From an uncultured Nitrospirales bacterium (GTDB taxonomy: Bacteria; Hydrogenedentota; Hydrogenedentia; Hydrogenedentales; GCA-2746185), in NCBI GenBank assembly GCA_964467615.1, contig CAYXRK010000001.1, positions 14,008 to 78,007 on the forward strand: 64,000 nt of DNA, read 5' to 3'. Shown here in pieces: positions 27,501-38,590 of the stretch. The translations under genes were made by a program, and so were the position numbers. Under the pieces are notes generated by a model that made no database searches, had not been told where the DNA came from, and saw only the letters and a list, made by a program, of their open reading frames with translations. Position 1 is the first letter of the stretch. Each line of letters starts with the position of its first letter.

Positions 27501-28295
27501 TCATTCTGCGACGAGGATATCGAGCGTTTGGCGATGAAGCGCGGCATTCGCCGACGCGACCACCGTCCCCCCGAGCATCGGTACATCCCCATACAGATCG
27601 GTGACGACGCCGCCGGCGCGTACGATAATTGGGATGAGGGGAATGATGTCGTAGGGTTGGAGCATCGACTCGACGACGAGGTCGACCGTGCCGAGCGCGA
27701 GCAGGCAGTACGAGTAGCAGTCGCCGCCCCAGCGGTGCAGCCGGCAGCGGGTGCTTAGCTCTTCGTAGCGCCGCGCGAATTCAGGATCGATGAACATCGT
27801 GTGGTGCGTGCTGTAGAGCACGGCGTCCGCGAGGGCGGCGTCCGCTCGGCACTGAAGGGGGGTGCGTTCGCTCAGATGATCAAGCCACGCGCCGCCGTGG
27901 TGCGCGGCGAAGGTCTCGCCCGTGAAGGGCTGGTGCATGATGCCGGCGGCGGGCTTGCCGTCGACAACGAGGCCGAGCAAGATCCCCCAGCAGGGCATGC
28001 CGGAGATGAACGCGCGGGTGCCGTCGATGGGATCGATGATCCAATACGTGTCGCCGCCACCGGTGTCGCCGTGTTCTTCGCCGACGATGCGGTGGTCCGG
28101 GAAACGTTGGCCGATGCGTTCGCGAATGAGCGTCTCGATTTCCGTGTCGGCCTTGGTGACGGGATCGTAGAACACGCCGGGGCGCTTGTCCTTCACGTCC
28201 ATCGGTTTTCGGAAGTACCGGAGCGCGATGTCGCCGGCTTCGCGCACGGCGTCGAGCCCCACGGCAAGGCACTGTTCGATTTCGACGTGCGTCAT
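27501..28295 (-). CDS. inositol monophosphatase family protein (IMPase / HisN-like)
   Basis: WIIDPIDGT and GGDCYSY signature motifs. The true start MTHVEIEQ is used; the ORF-track N-extension is Arg-rich and spurious. Confidence 0.8.
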   Translation of the reverse strand: MTHVEIEQCLAVGLDAVREAGDIALRYFRKPMDVKDKRPGVFYDPVTKADTEIETLIRERIGQRFPDHRIVGEEHGDTGGGDTYWIIDPIDGTRAFISGMPCWGILLGLVVDGKPAAGIMHQPFTGETFAAHHGGAWLDHLSERTPLQCRADAALADAVLYSTHHTMFIDPEFARRYEELSTRCRLHRWGGDCYSYCLLALGTVDLVVESMLQPYDIIPLIPIIVRAGGVVTDLYGDVPMLGGTVVASANAALHRQTLDILVAE

Positions 28296-29878
28296 TTTTT
28301 CTTTCGTCCTATGGCGTTGAGCGCGCGGAAGATGGGCCGGTTGTTTTTGAAAGCCGCAAGGAACTGCGGGAACATTTCGTCGTAGCGGTCGCGGGCCTCG
28401 AGGCGCGGTTCGAACACGCGCCGAATCGGCACGAGCTTGTGGAATTCGTCGAAGCCGAGGAGGCCGAGCCGTTGGAATGCGAGAAGGCCCGCGCCGACGC
28501 AGGTCGTGTATTGCGGCTGCTCGAGCTGATGCACGGGCAGATCCAACACGTCGGCCATGATTTGTGACCAGTCGTCCGATTCGGCCCCGCCGCCGTAGTA
28601 GAGCACGTGGGTAAAGTCGCGCTTCGCGAACTTCTCGACGGGCCCGCGCAACCAGCGCAGGTTCATCGCGACGCCCTCGAGCACGGCGCGCGCCATATGC
28701 GCGCGGGTGGTCTGCATGCTGAGGTTGAGAAAGCCGCCGCGCATGCGGGCGTCCGCGGCGGGTGCGATCGACCCGCTCATCCACGGGAGGAAGAGCAGTC
28801 CACCGCTGCCGGGCGGAATGGGGCCGATGGCGCGGCCCAGCGCGGCGAATTGCTGTTCATTCGAGAGATGGCCGAAGTCGTCCTCCGCGAAAATGAGGTG
28901 CTTGAGGAAATGTTCGAGCGCGCCGCCGCCGATGCCGTTTTCGGCCATGACGAAGTAGGTATTGGGCACGGGGCTGGGCATGCTCAGAATCGCGTGACGG
29001 ATGTCGGTGCGTTTGAAGTCGACGTGGGTGATCATCACGCTCGTGCTGCCGACGGAAACTGCGGCGTGGTTGCCGGTGAAGGCGTAAGTCCCCATGCCGC
29101 CGGCCTGCGTGTCGTTGAGTCCGATGATGATTTTCGTCTCCGGCGAAAGGCCGATCTCTTCGGCGACATCGGGGAGAATCTTTCCGAGAATCGTGTCGAA
29201 CGGGAGAATATCTGGCAGCTTCTCCTCGTCAATCGCGGAGATTCGGATCAGGCCGGGGTGATAGCCCGTCGCGTCGAGCCGCCGGTTGTCGGTCGATAGA
29301 AACATGAGGGCGTTGCCTTGATTGGTCGCGCAGACGCCGGAGAATTTGAGCGTGAGGAAGTCCATCGGCTCGAGGAATTTGTGCGTGCGCGCGTAGATGT
29401 CCGGCAGCGCGTATTTGACCCAGCGGACGTGCGAAAGCGATTCGCCGCCGGACAATGGCGGGAGTCCGTGGACACGCAGCCAGCGCAGGGTATGCAGGGG
29501 CGAGTTCGCGCGTTTCGGGAACCCAGCAAGTTGCTTCAGTCGCGGCACGGCCCCGCGCTGGTCCATCCAGACAATCATGTTCATCGTCGGTCCGCCGGCG
29601 GCGTCGATGGGCACGACGGAGGAGTATTGGCTGCTGCAGATCACCGCGAGCACGTCTTCGCGGCGGACGTTCGCGTAGGCGAGCGCGCCCTTGCATGCGG
29701 CCTTCGAGGCGTCCCAGACGGCGCGCGGGTCCTGCTCGACACCGTCGTGCGGAAGGAACGTCGTCTCGACGTGCGCGCGCGCGGTGGACAAGATGCGGCC
29801 GGAGTTGGTCACGACGGCGGCCTTGGGGCCGCTCGTGCCGAGGTCAATCGCGAGGACGCATTTTTCGGTGGCGGGCAT
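28292..29878 (-). CDS. FGGY-family carbohydrate kinase (xylulokinase/glycerol kinase-like)
   Basis: N-terminal AIDLGTSGPKAAVV. FGGY N- and C-domains. Stop overlaps the IMPase start. Confidence 0.75.
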   Translation of the reverse strand: MPATEKCVLAIDLGTSGPKAAVVTNSGRILSTARAHVETTFLPHDGVEQDPRAVWDASKAACKGALAYANVRREDVLAVICSSQYSSVVPIDAAGGPTMNMIVWMDQRGAVPRLKQLAGFPKRANSPLHTLRWLRVHGLPPLSGGESLSHVRWVKYALPDIYARTHKFLEPMDFLTLKFSGVCATNQGNALMFLSTDNRRLDATGYHPGLIRISAIDEEKLPDILPFDTILGKILPDVAEEIGLSPETKIIIGLNDTQAGGMGTYAFTGNHAAVSVGSTSVMITHVDFKRTDIRHAILSMPSPVPNTYFVMAENGIGGGALEHFLKHLIFAEDDFGHLSNEQQFAALGRAIGPIPPGSGGLLFLPWMSGSIAPAADARMRGGFLNLSMQTTRAHMARAVLEGVAMNLRWLRGPVEKFAKRDFTHVLYYGGGAESDDWSQIMADVLDLPVHQLEQPQYTTCVGAGLLAFQRLGLLGFDEFHKLVPIRRVFEPRLEARDRYDEMFPQFLAAFKNNRPIFRALNAIGRKKK

Positions 29879-29991
29879 GAAGTAAACCGGGAGCGAACGG
29901 CGGACAGGGAACTCTAACGAGGCTACATTCGATGGGGCAACTTACGATTCAACTGAAATGAGGTACACTGCGGGCCTTCAAGCGCGGAACT

Positions 29992-31230
29992 ATGGAAACC
30001 TCAACGTACATTGACAGCAGGGCCGGGTGGTGGGTCGTGTTTGGCGCGTTCCTCGCGCAGACGATCACGGCGGGCGTCGCGTTTTTTGTGATGGCCGCGC
30101 TGCTCGGCCCAATCGTGGAGGACACGGGTTGGTCGTTGACGGAAGTGTCGTACGGCCTGACGCTGTGGGGCCTGAGCGCGGCCATATTCAGTCCGCTGTG
30201 CGGCTGGCTCATCGATCGGTTCGGGCCGCGGCGGATGATGCTGTTCGGGACGGCGGTGCTGTTCATTACGACGTATCTCATGGCGAAGGTGACGGCGCTT
30301 TGGCAATTGTATGTGTTGCTGTGCATCTCGCCGATTGGGGGCATGTCGAACACGTACATCCCGGTGGCGACGGTGGTGTCTCAATGGTTCGAGCGGCGAC
30401 GAGGGATCGCGACGGGCCTGGCGATGCTGGGCATTGGCGTGGGCGGGGCGGTCTTTCCCGTTATTGCGAATACCCTGGCGCACAACCACGGCTGGCGGAC
30501 GGCGTACACCTACATCGCGTACATGACGCTGATCGCGTTCGTGCCGATCGCGCTGTTAATCCGATCGCCGAAGGGAGCATCCAGCGCAGCGGCGAACCAC
30601 GCATTGGCGGCTGCAAAAGATATCCCGGATCTAACGTTGCGCGAGGCGGTATTCACGCGAAGTTTCTGGGGGCTGAGTCTGGGCGACGCGCTGACCGGCT
30701 TGGTCTTTGCGATCTTCAATCTGCATCTGGTCTTCTACCTGACGCGCGACCTGGGCGGAGACGGACCGGCGACGCAAGTGTACAGCGTGCTTCAATTGTG
30801 TCTTGCCGGCGGCGTGTTGCTGTTTGGTCCGCTCGGCGACCGCTTCCGATTCACTCGCGTGCTTGTGCTGTGTTACTTCCTGCCGACGCTGGGGACCGCG
30901 TTGCTGCTCGCGCCCGGCGCGGGGTTCGCGCTCGGGATGGCGTTTGCACTCGTGGCCGGTTTGCCGGGCGGCGGGCGTACGGCCCTGTTTCCCATGGCGA
31001 TCGTGAACAGTTTCGGCGAAACGCACATGGCCGCGATCTATGGCCTGAGCAACACCTGCTTCATGCTCGGCAACGCGATCGGGCCATCGCTCGCCGCGCG
31101 AATCTACGACGACACGGAGAACACGCGCATTGTGTATGCGGTGTGCGCGGGGATTTTGGTGGTGTCCGCGGGGCTGGTGTCGCTGATTCGCGATGAACGG
31201 CCCCTTCGGCGACGGAGTAAGGCCGCGTGA
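29992..31230 (+). CDS. MFS transporter
   Basis: 12 predicted TM helices. GWLIDRFGPRR MFS motif A. Confidence 0.75.
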   Translation: METSTYIDSRAGWWVVFGAFLAQTITAGVAFFVMAALLGPIVEDTGWSLTEVSYGLTLWGLSAAIFSPLCGWLIDRFGPRRMMLFGTAVLFITTYLMAKVTALWQLYVLLCISPIGGMSNTYIPVATVVSQWFERRRGIATGLAMLGIGVGGAVFPVIANTLAHNHGWRTAYTYIAYMTLIAFVPIALLIRSPKGASSAAANHALAAAKDIPDLTLREAVFTRSFWGLSLGDALTGLVFAIFNLHLVFYLTRDLGGDGPATQVYSVLQLCLAGGVLLFGPLGDRFRFTRVLVLCYFLPTLGTALLLAPGAGFALGMAFALVAGLPGGGRTALFPMAIVNSFGETHMAAIYGLSNTCFMLGNAIGPSLAARIYDDTENTRIVYAVCAGILVVSAGLVSLIRDERPLRRRSKAA

Positions 31231-31976
31231 ACATTCTTGTCGTCGCGGACATTCACTACAGCCTCAAGCAATTCGATTGGCTTCTCGAACGCGCGGTGGG
31301 CTACGAGGCCGTCATCATCGCCGGGGACCTGCTCGACTTGCAGGGGCACGCCACGATGGATGCTCAGATTGTCGTCGCATCGAAATACCTGAAGCGGCTG
31401 ACCTCGTTGACGACCGTCATCGCAAGTTCCGGAAACCACGACGGGGACGTGCAGACGCAATCGGGCGAGTACGTCGCCGAGTGGCTGAAGGAGGCCGGAG
31501 GCGGACGGCTGTACGTCGATGGACAGAGCGTGGTGTTCGGCGACACGTTGGTGACGATCTGTCCGTGGTGGGAGGGGGCGCGCGGGCGGGCAGACGTGGA
31601 GCGCTTTCTCGAAGCGGAAGAACTACGCCGGGTGAGGCGCTGGATTTGGGTGAACCACGCGCCGCCGAACGATTCGCGCGTGAGTTGGACCGGCAAGAAG
31701 TTTTTCGGCGAGACGGAAGTGAATGCCCTCGTGCAACGGTTCAAGCCCGACGCGATCATCTCGGGGCACGTCCACAACTCGCCGTTTTTTCCCCAAGGAT
31801 CGTGGTTCGATCTCGTGGGGAAGACGTGGGTGTTCAACCCGGGCCGGCAAATGGGATCGATCCCCGCCTATATAGAGTTGGATCTCGCGGCCTGGCGCGC
31901 GGGGTGGGTATCAGAGATGGACGAACAGCAGTTTAGTTTGGACGATCTCGAGGCCGTGGGCCGCTCGCTGACGTAG
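31227..31976 (+). CDS. metallophosphoesterase (calcineurin-like)
   Basis: VVADIHY, GDLLD, GNHD and GHVH motifs. ATGA-type overlap with the MFS gene. Confidence 0.75.
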   Translation: MNILVVADIHYSLKQFDWLLERAVGYEAVIIAGDLLDLQGHATMDAQIVVASKYLKRLTSLTTVIASSGNHDGDVQTQSGEYVAEWLKEAGGGRLYVDGQSVVFGDTLVTICPWWEGARGRADVERFLEAEELRRVRRWIWVNHAPPNDSRVSWTGKKFFGETEVNALVQRFKPDAIISGHVHNSPFFPQGSWFDLVGKTWVFNPGRQMGSIPAYIELDLAAWRAGWVSEMDEQQFSLDDLEAVGRSLT

Positions 31977-32187
31977 CAACTCGAGCTCGCTCAGTTCGCG
32001 CCTTGATCGATCCAATCAGCTCGCCACGACGAGCGCGCGAATCGGAGGAGCGAGTGCCTGGTTTGCTCTTGGCGGCGGGTGAAAGAACAACGTTGCGCCG
32101 CGTCTGAGCAATTTGTAGTATGCGTTGCTTTCTTCGGGGATTCTGCTTTACAGATATGAACGCTTGCTGGATATTCCTACCACCATC

Positions 32188-34548
32188 ATGACAGAACTAT
32201 CCGCATGGGACCGCATGGCGCGGCGCTACGCCCAGTGGGTAATCCGCTGGCGCTGGGCGGCGATTGGCGTTTCCGTGCTGCTTTTTCTTGGGGCGGCAGC
32301 GGGGCTGCGAAATGGTCTGGCGATTAGCGATAACTATCGGATTTTTTTCGATCAGGACAATCCGCACCTAAAAGCGCTCGACCAACTCGATGCGACGTAC
32401 GCAAAGGAAGAGGTCATCCTCTTTGTGCTTGCGCCGAAGGACGGAAACGTCTTCACGCGCGGCACGCTCGGGGCAATCGAGGAGCTGACCAAGGCGGCGT
32501 GGCAGATCGCGTATTGCCAGCGCGTCAATTCGATCACGAACTTCCAACACACCCGCGCCGAAGGCGATGACATTATCGTCGAAGACCTCGTCGAGGGCGC
32601 AGCGGATTTATCAGACGAAAACTTGGCGCGTGTGCGCGAGACTGCCGTCAACGAACCCCTGCTGCAATCCCGGTTGATTTCGGCGAAGGGCCACGTTACC
32701 GCCGTCGCCGCAACACTCGTGTTACCCGGTTTGAAAGGCGGCGAACGCGCCGCGCCGATCGGGGACGCGCGGACCATCGTGTCGGAGTTCGAGAAAAATC
32801 ATCCCGATATCCGGGTGGTCATAACCGGCGGGGCGGTGTTGTCGCAGATGTTCTCCGACTACACCAACAAGGACATGGCGACGCTTACGCCGCTGATGTA
32901 CCTCGTTATATTCGTCCTGCTTGGCGTCTCTTTTCGAAGCATTTCAGCGACGGTCGGCGCGTCGCTCGTCGTCATCATGTCGGTCGCCTCCGGGATGGGC
33001 CTGACGGCGTGGTGCGGTCTGAATTTTTCGGCGGTGGCGTCGGCCATGCCGACCGTGGTGATGACGCTGGCGGTGGCGGACTCGGTGCATGTAATCGCCA
33101 CAATGCTCGCCTTCATGCGCGAGGGCAAGGCCAAGCGCGAGGCGCTCGCCGAGGCCCTGACTGTGAACGTGGGGCCGATGATCGTGACATTTGCGACGAC
33201 GTTGATGGGCTTCCTAAGCATGAATTTCAGCACCGTGCCGCCGCTGCGCGATTTCGGAAACATGACCGCGATGGGCCTGACCGCGGCGTTTATCTATTCG
33301 CTCCTTTTCTTGCCTGGGTTTATCGCCGTCGCGCCGCTGCGCGCGCGGCAACGGCCCGCCAATAGCGCGTCCGCTGTGAAGTCGACGGGGGATTGGGTCA
33401 TTCGCCATCGGCGGCTGATGCTCTGGGGCCCGCTCGCCGTGTTGATCGTGCTCGGGGCGGGCATTCCGCTGAACGAATTCAAGAACAATTGGGTGCGATG
33501 GTTCAAGGAATCAACGCCGTTCCGGCAGGACCTTACATTTGTCACGCAGAACCTATCAGGCATCAACGCGCTCGAGTTTTCGGTCCCCGCCAACGGGCCT
33601 TCGGGGATCAGCGATCCGGAGTACCTCAAGGCGCTGGACGAATTCGCAGCGTGGTATCGCGCGCAGCCGCATGTGGACCACGTGAGCACGATCACGGACG
33701 TGTTCCGGCGTCTGAATATGAACATGCACGGAGACGACCCGAAGTCGTACACCATTCCCGAGGGCCGCGAACTCGCCGCGCAATATCTCCTGTTATACGA
33801 AATGTCGTTGCCGTTCGGCATGGACCTGAACAATCAAGTCAACGTGGACAAAAGCGCGACGCGGGTGCAGGTCATCACCGAAGACGTGGATTCGGACGTG
33901 ATGAATGCCATGGCGCGCGCGGGCGAGGCCTGGCTGCGCGACAATGCCCCGGCATACATGCAAAGCCACGCCACCGGGAACGGCGTGATGTTTGCAAGCA
34001 TCGCCACCGATACCATGAAAAGCATGGCGTACAGCACCCCCGCCGCCCTGGCGTTCGTGTCGCTTACGCTAATCGTCCTCTTCCGCAGCGTGCGGTACGG
34101 ACTGCTCAGCTTGCTGCCGAACGTTGCGCCGATCCTGTGCGCGTTCGGCGTGTGGGGCTATTTGGTCGGCGAGATCAATTTCGGGCTTGCGTGCGTCGCC
34201 GCGCAAACGATGGGTATCCTCGTCGACGATACAATCCATTTTATGAGCAAGTACATCCGCGGGCGGCGGCTCTACGGTTACGACGCCGAAGAGGCCGTGC
34301 GCTATGCGTACAATTCCGTCGGCCAAGCCGTCTGGGTGACGACATGGGTGCTGGTGATTGGATTCCTCGTCCTGTCGTTGTCGTCGTTTCGGTTCAATTC
34401 ATACATGGGGCAACTCGGCGCGATAACAATCGTGCTGGCGCTCGCGGGCGATGCGTTCTTGTTGCCCGCAATACTCTTAACGTTCGATCGCGGACGAGGT
34501 CAAACATCTGCTAAGAACGCGGCGGAAGTTTCGAGGGACCTCGCATGA
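32188..34548 (+). CDS. MMPL/RND-superfamily exporter (HpnN-like, 12 TM, two periplasmic loops)
   Basis: Duplicated 6-TM SSD-like halves. Large hydrophilic loops after TM1 and TM7. Typical MMPL length (about 786 aa). Confidence 0.7.
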   Translation: MTELSAWDRMARRYAQWVIRWRWAAIGVSVLLFLGAAAGLRNGLAISDNYRIFFDQDNPHLKALDQLDATYAKEEVILFVLAPKDGNVFTRGTLGAIEELTKAAWQIAYCQRVNSITNFQHTRAEGDDIIVEDLVEGAADLSDENLARVRETAVNEPLLQSRLISAKGHVTAVAATLVLPGLKGGERAAPIGDARTIVSEFEKNHPDIRVVITGGAVLSQMFSDYTNKDMATLTPLMYLVIFVLLGVSFRSISATVGASLVVIMSVASGMGLTAWCGLNFSAVASAMPTVVMTLAVADSVHVIATMLAFMREGKAKREALAEALTVNVGPMIVTFATTLMGFLSMNFSTVPPLRDFGNMTAMGLTAAFIYSLLFLPGFIAVAPLRARQRPANSASAVKSTGDWVIRHRRLMLWGPLAVLIVLGAGIPLNEFKNNWVRWFKESTPFRQDLTFVTQNLSGINALEFSVPANGPSGISDPEYLKALDEFAAWYRAQPHVDHVSTITDVFRRLNMNMHGDDPKSYTIPEGRELAAQYLLLYEMSLPFGMDLNNQVNVDKSATRVQVITEDVDSDVMNAMARAGEAWLRDNAPAYMQSHATGNGVMFASIATDTMKSMAYSTPAALAFVSLTLIVLFRSVRYGLLSLLPNVAPILCAFGVWGYLVGEINFGLACVAAQTMGILVDDTIHFMSKYIRGRRLYGYDAEEAVRYAYNSVGQAVWVTTWVLVIGFLVLSLSSFRFNSYMGQLGAITIVLALAGDAFLLPAILLTFDRGRGQTSAKNAAEVSRDLA

Positions 34549-34981
34549 AAGCGGAGGCGAGAGCATACGTTGAGATTACTGCCTTCGCAGGAATGACAGG
34601 GTGGGGGCCTCGGTTTGAATATCGAGTCGCCCACTATTCACCGAACGCGTGTGGGGCAGCCGCCCCCGACTGCCAGCCTCAGTCGCGGACCCAGATTTCA
34701 TGACAACTGCTTCGAAAATGACCGCACCGCACGACCCATCTTCCCTGCGCCCGCTATTTCCCTTCACACCCTTCGCACGTTCGCACCCAACGTCGCGCCG
34801 CTCCAAAAATCGCGCCCCACACCCAACGAACCAATCACGCACGTGCTGCTCCGAAAATAGCGCGCCACTTACCCAATTCGTGCCTTTTACGACTCGTCAT
34901 CGTCATCGGACGCGCACGCTCAATTTTCATCCTTTCCGGGTGAAAGCCTGCTTTCATGACAATTCCTAAGGAAGCAACGCA

Positions 34982-35767
34982 ATGACTCGACATTCCGTTC
35001 ACTGGATCGCAGTCGCCACGGTGCTATGCGCGTGCGCGGTGGGCCAGACGCCCGAGGAAAAGGGCCTATCCATCGCCCAGGAAGCCGATCAACGCGACAC
35101 CGGCTGGGCCGACTTCACCGCCGAGATGAAGATGACGCTGATGAACAAGGCCGGTGACGCGAGCGCACGTAGCATCCGCATCCGTGTGCTCGAACAGAGC
35201 AGCGACGGCGACAAGGGCCTCACCATTTTCGACGAGCCGAAGGACGTTCAAGGCACGGCGTTCCTATCGTTCAGCCACCGCGAAGGCGACGACGATCAAT
35301 GGCTATACCTTCCGGCGCTCGAGCGCGTGAAGCGAATCGCGTCGAGCAACCAGAGCGGCCCCTTCATGGGCAGCGAGTTCGCGTACGAAGACATGACCTC
35401 GCAGGAGGTCCCGAAATTTACCTACAAATATTTGCGCGACGAAGCGCTGGACGGCCAACCTTGCTTCGTGATCGAGCGCTATCCCAAACACCCCAAGTCG
35501 GGCTATACGCGGCAGATCGCGTGGATCGACCAGGAGCACTATCGTTTCCAAAAGATCGAGTATTACGACCGGAAGAACGAACTTCTCAAGACCTATCGCG
35601 CCTCCGACTGGGAACAGTTCCTCGGCAAATACTGGCGCTCCAAACGCATGACAATCGAAAACGTGCAGACGGGGAAATCGACCGTGCTCGAATGGACCAA
35701 CTTCGCTTTCGGCGCGGGCCTGACCGACCGGGACTTCGACCAGAATAGTCTTGCGCGAGCTAGATAG
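34982..35767 (+). CDS. outer-membrane lipoprotein-sorting (LolA-like, DUF1329-type) protein with signal peptide
   Basis: Signal peptide plus LolA-like fold family often paired with RND/MMPL exporters. WLYLPALERVKRI and YKYLRDEALDGQPCFVIE motifs. Confidence 0.55.
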   Translation: MTRHSVHWIAVATVLCACAVGQTPEEKGLSIAQEADQRDTGWADFTAEMKMTLMNKAGDASARSIRIRVLEQSSDGDKGLTIFDEPKDVQGTAFLSFSHREGDDDQWLYLPALERVKRIASSNQSGPFMGSEFAYEDMTSQEVPKFTYKYLRDEALDGQPCFVIERYPKHPKSGYTRQIAWIDQEHYRFQKIEYYDRKNELLKTYRASDWEQFLGKYWRSKRMTIENVQTGKSTVLEWTNFAFGAGLTDRDFDQNSLARAR

Positions 35768-35943
35768 GGACGTTCAAGGTTCAAAGTAGGCGGGGCCGTC
35801 CGTTCGTGGTGTGCCACGCAAACCGTTCGTGGTGAGCTTGTCGAACCATGAACGGACGACCCCGGCCCTTCGACAAGCGCAGGGCGAACAGGATAGTAGA
35901 TAGTAGATAGAGGATAATTGGCGGAAACGGCGGGAAGGTAGAT

Positions 35944-37110
35944 GTGATGCCAAGTTTCACGGCATACAACGCGATCTTTTTCGTGTTTCTCGGGGGGGCG
36001 TGTGCATGCGCGGCGGCGCTGCACGTTTACACCGACCCGTTTGGGCAGTATGAGGGACTCGCGCCCTCGCGGTTCGGACCGTACAAGGCGCAGTTGGGAT
36101 CGCGCCGGGGGAAATCCGAAATTCCGCTGCGCAACGCGTGTTCGACGCTCGTGCTGGGTACGTCACGGGCGGAAATGGGGATCGATCCGGAGTCGCCCGT
36201 GTTCGAGACTGGGACGGCGTGCAACATGGGGCTGGCCGGCGCGAACATGGAAGAAATACTGGCCGCGTATCGCTACACCCTGAAGCATTCGAACGTTGAG
36301 CGGGTCATATTCCTTGCTGACTTTTTGGCGTTCAACACGCTCATCGAAGCGCCATCGGATTTCGAGAAATCGCGGTTGGCGAGCGATCGGCCGGAACTCG
36401 AGTACCGGCTGGACGTGGCGTTTCGCATCGGCGCGGCGCAGAACGTTTTGCGAATGTACTACCGCGACCGGAAACATTACTACACGCCGCTTGGGCACAA
36501 GAGCGCGCTTTCCGACGGAGAGATGAAACCGACGCGGCGGCTTTTCAGGCACAACGTGCTTAAAGCGTTCGGCCTCGTGCGGTACACGGACGAGGGCTTC
36601 GACTTGTACCGGGAACTGGTCCGCGACTGCGCGGCGCGGGGCATCGATCTCGTCGTGGCGGTTTCGCCGGTGCATGCGCTCGAATTGGAGGCGATGCACG
36701 TGGCGCGGGCATGGGACTTTTTCGAGCAGTGGAAGCGCGAGTTGACGCTGATCACGGACGAGGAATCGAAGGGCGCGGCGCCGGTCTGGGACTTTTCGGG
36801 ATACACGCCGTACACGACGGAGCCGGTACCGTTCGACGACAAAATCGTGGACGGCATGAAGTGGCACTGGGAGTCGTCGCACTTCAAGCGCGCGCTGGGG
36901 GACATCGTGCTCGGGCAGCTTCTGGGCGAGGACGCGCCGAACACGCAAGTCGGCGAGCGAATGACCACGGCCACGATAGAACGTCACTTGCAAAAGATTC
37001 GGAGCGACCGTGCGGCCTGGGTGAACGCGAACCGGGCAGAGGTGCAGTGGGTGCGGTCGGTCGCGCAAGAGGTCATCCGCGAGCAGCGAGAACAAGACGC
37101 GCCGCTGTAA
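35944..37110 (+). CDS. membrane-anchored hypothetical protein (388 aa); weak DltD/SGNH-like resemblance
   Basis: N-terminal TM anchor followed by LVLGTSRAEMG (compare the DltD YGSSE block). No confident family assignment. Confidence 0.4.
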   Translation: MMPSFTAYNAIFFVFLGGACACAAALHVYTDPFGQYEGLAPSRFGPYKAQLGSRRGKSEIPLRNACSTLVLGTSRAEMGIDPESPVFETGTACNMGLAGANMEEILAAYRYTLKHSNVERVIFLADFLAFNTLIEAPSDFEKSRLASDRPELEYRLDVAFRIGAAQNVLRMYYRDRKHYYTPLGHKSALSDGEMKPTRRLFRHNVLKAFGLVRYTDEGFDLYRELVRDCAARGIDLVVAVSPVHALELEAMHVARAWDFFEQWKRELTLITDEESKGAAPVWDFSGYTPYTTEPVPFDDKIVDGMKWHWESSHFKRALGDIVLGQLLGEDAPNTQVGERMTTATIERHLQKIRSDRAAWVNANRAEVQWVRSVAQEVIREQREQDAPL

Positions 37111-37130
37111 CGCCCTCGTTATAATGGGGC

Positions 37131-37778
37131 ATGGCCGATCTCGACCTGCAACTGACGCGCGAGTTCTTCGAATTGCATGGGTTTACCACGTACACCCATT
37201 GGAAGCAGACGCAACCGCGCTCGAAGCGCGGTGACAGCGGCGTGCAGTTATTCATCGAAAACATCCACCCTGGGGGCGAGGCGCCGGAAGGATTGGTGCT
37301 GAATGCGGGGGAGCTGGCGGGGATTCACAGGGCGGTCGCGGAGATTCGCGCGTGGCACACGGACCGTTTCTACGCGGCCACGGTGGAATCCAACCCGATT
37401 GTGGCGCACTTCGCGCAGCCCCATTCGCTGGTCGCGGCGCGAGATCACTTCGGAACCGACGATTTCCGCACGATTTTAATCATCAGCGAACTCGCCGCGA
37501 GTCCCCAACGGCGCGCCGAGGCGATTGACGCGTTCCGCGCGACGGGCCTCAAGCACGTCATCGAGTTCCCGACGGTCCTCCGAGGCATCACGGACAAGAT
37601 TTCCGTGAGCGGTCCGGTCGCCCCAACGGCCACGCTACAAATCATGCAGATACTGAAACGGTACCGATTGTTTCGCGACCAGCAGATGGAATTCTTGTTC
37701 CCGTTCGACGCGCCGCCACCCGTCTCGCAACCACGCGTCGACACGATGGCAACATCGGACGACGGCGAAGACGACTAG
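37131..37778 (+). CDS. hypothetical protein (215 aa)
   Basis: ORF ending 3 nt before thiD. Acidic C-terminus. No domain recognised. Confidence 0.4.
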   Translation: MADLDLQLTREFFELHGFTTYTHWKQTQPRSKRGDSGVQLFIENIHPGGEAPEGLVLNAGELAGIHRAVAEIRAWHTDRFYAATVESNPIVAHFAQPHSLVAARDHFGTDDFRTILIISELAASPQRRAEAIDAFRATGLKHVIEFPTVLRGITDKISVSGPVAPTATLQIMQILKRYRLFRDQQMEFLFPFDAPPPVSQPRVDTMATSDDGEDD

Positions 37779-37780
37779 AG

Positions 37781-38590
37781 ATGGCGGACGGGACAACGCC
37801 GCGCTGCTTGACCATCGCGGGAAGCGACAGTGGCGGCGGGGCGGGCATCCAGGCGGACCTAAAGACGTTTGCGGCGCTGGGCGTGTACGGGATGTCGGCG
37901 GTGACGGCGGTGACGGCGCAGAATAGCGTGGGCGTCACTGCAGTTCACAACATTTCGCCAGAAGTTATTGGGAAGCAGATCGATGCGGTATTGGGAGACA
38001 TCGGCGCTGACGCTGTGAAGAGCGGGATGATCCCAACTTCAGAGGCGATCGAGGCGGTCGCAAGCGCGCTCGAGCGGCACAACGTGCGCAACTATGTGCT
38101 CGATCCAGTGATGATTGCGGAGAGCGGGCATAGGCTAATCGAAGCCGATGCGATCGAAACGTTAAAGCGACGGTTGATTCCGCTGTCGTTGGTCGTGACG
38201 CCGAACGTACCCGAGGCGGAGGCACTGACGGGAATTCAGGTTCGCAACGTGCAAGAACTGAAAGCGGCAGGGGAGTCGATACACGCGATGGGCGCCAGAT
38301 ATGTATTGATGAAAGGCGGGCATATGCCGGACGCTGAAGCGACAGACTATTTGTTTGACGGTAACGTGTGGATGGAGTTCGCTGGCGAGCGACTCGTGAC
38401 GAAGAGCACTCATGGAACGGGTTGCACATATGCCGCAGCGATAGCGGCACATTTCGCGAAGGGCAAACACATACAGACCGCGGTCGCGGATTCGAAACGC
38501 TACCTAACCGAGTGCATGCGGCGCGGGTTCACGTTCGGAAAAGGCGCGGGGCAATTGAATCACGCGTGGCCGGTGCAGGGATCGCGCTAG
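37781..38590 (+). CDS. thiD: hydroxymethylpyrimidine/phosphomethylpyrimidine kinase
   Basis: [21 protein letters not shown]-terminus and [13 protein letters not shown]-terminal motif are canonical ThiD. Confidence 0.9.
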   Translation: MADGTTPRCLTIAGSDSGGGAGIQADLKTFAALGVYGMSAVTAVTAQNSVGVTAVHNISPEVIGKQIDAVLGDIGADAVKSGMIPTSEAIEAVASALERHNVRNYVLDPVMIAESGHRLIEADAIETLKRRLIPLSLVVTPNVPEAEALTGIQVRNVQELKAAGESIHAMGARYVLMKGGHMPDAEATDYLFDGNVWMEFAGERLVTKSTHGTGCTYAAAIAAHFAKGKHIQTAVADSKRYLTECMRRGFTFGKGAGQLNHAWPVQGSR

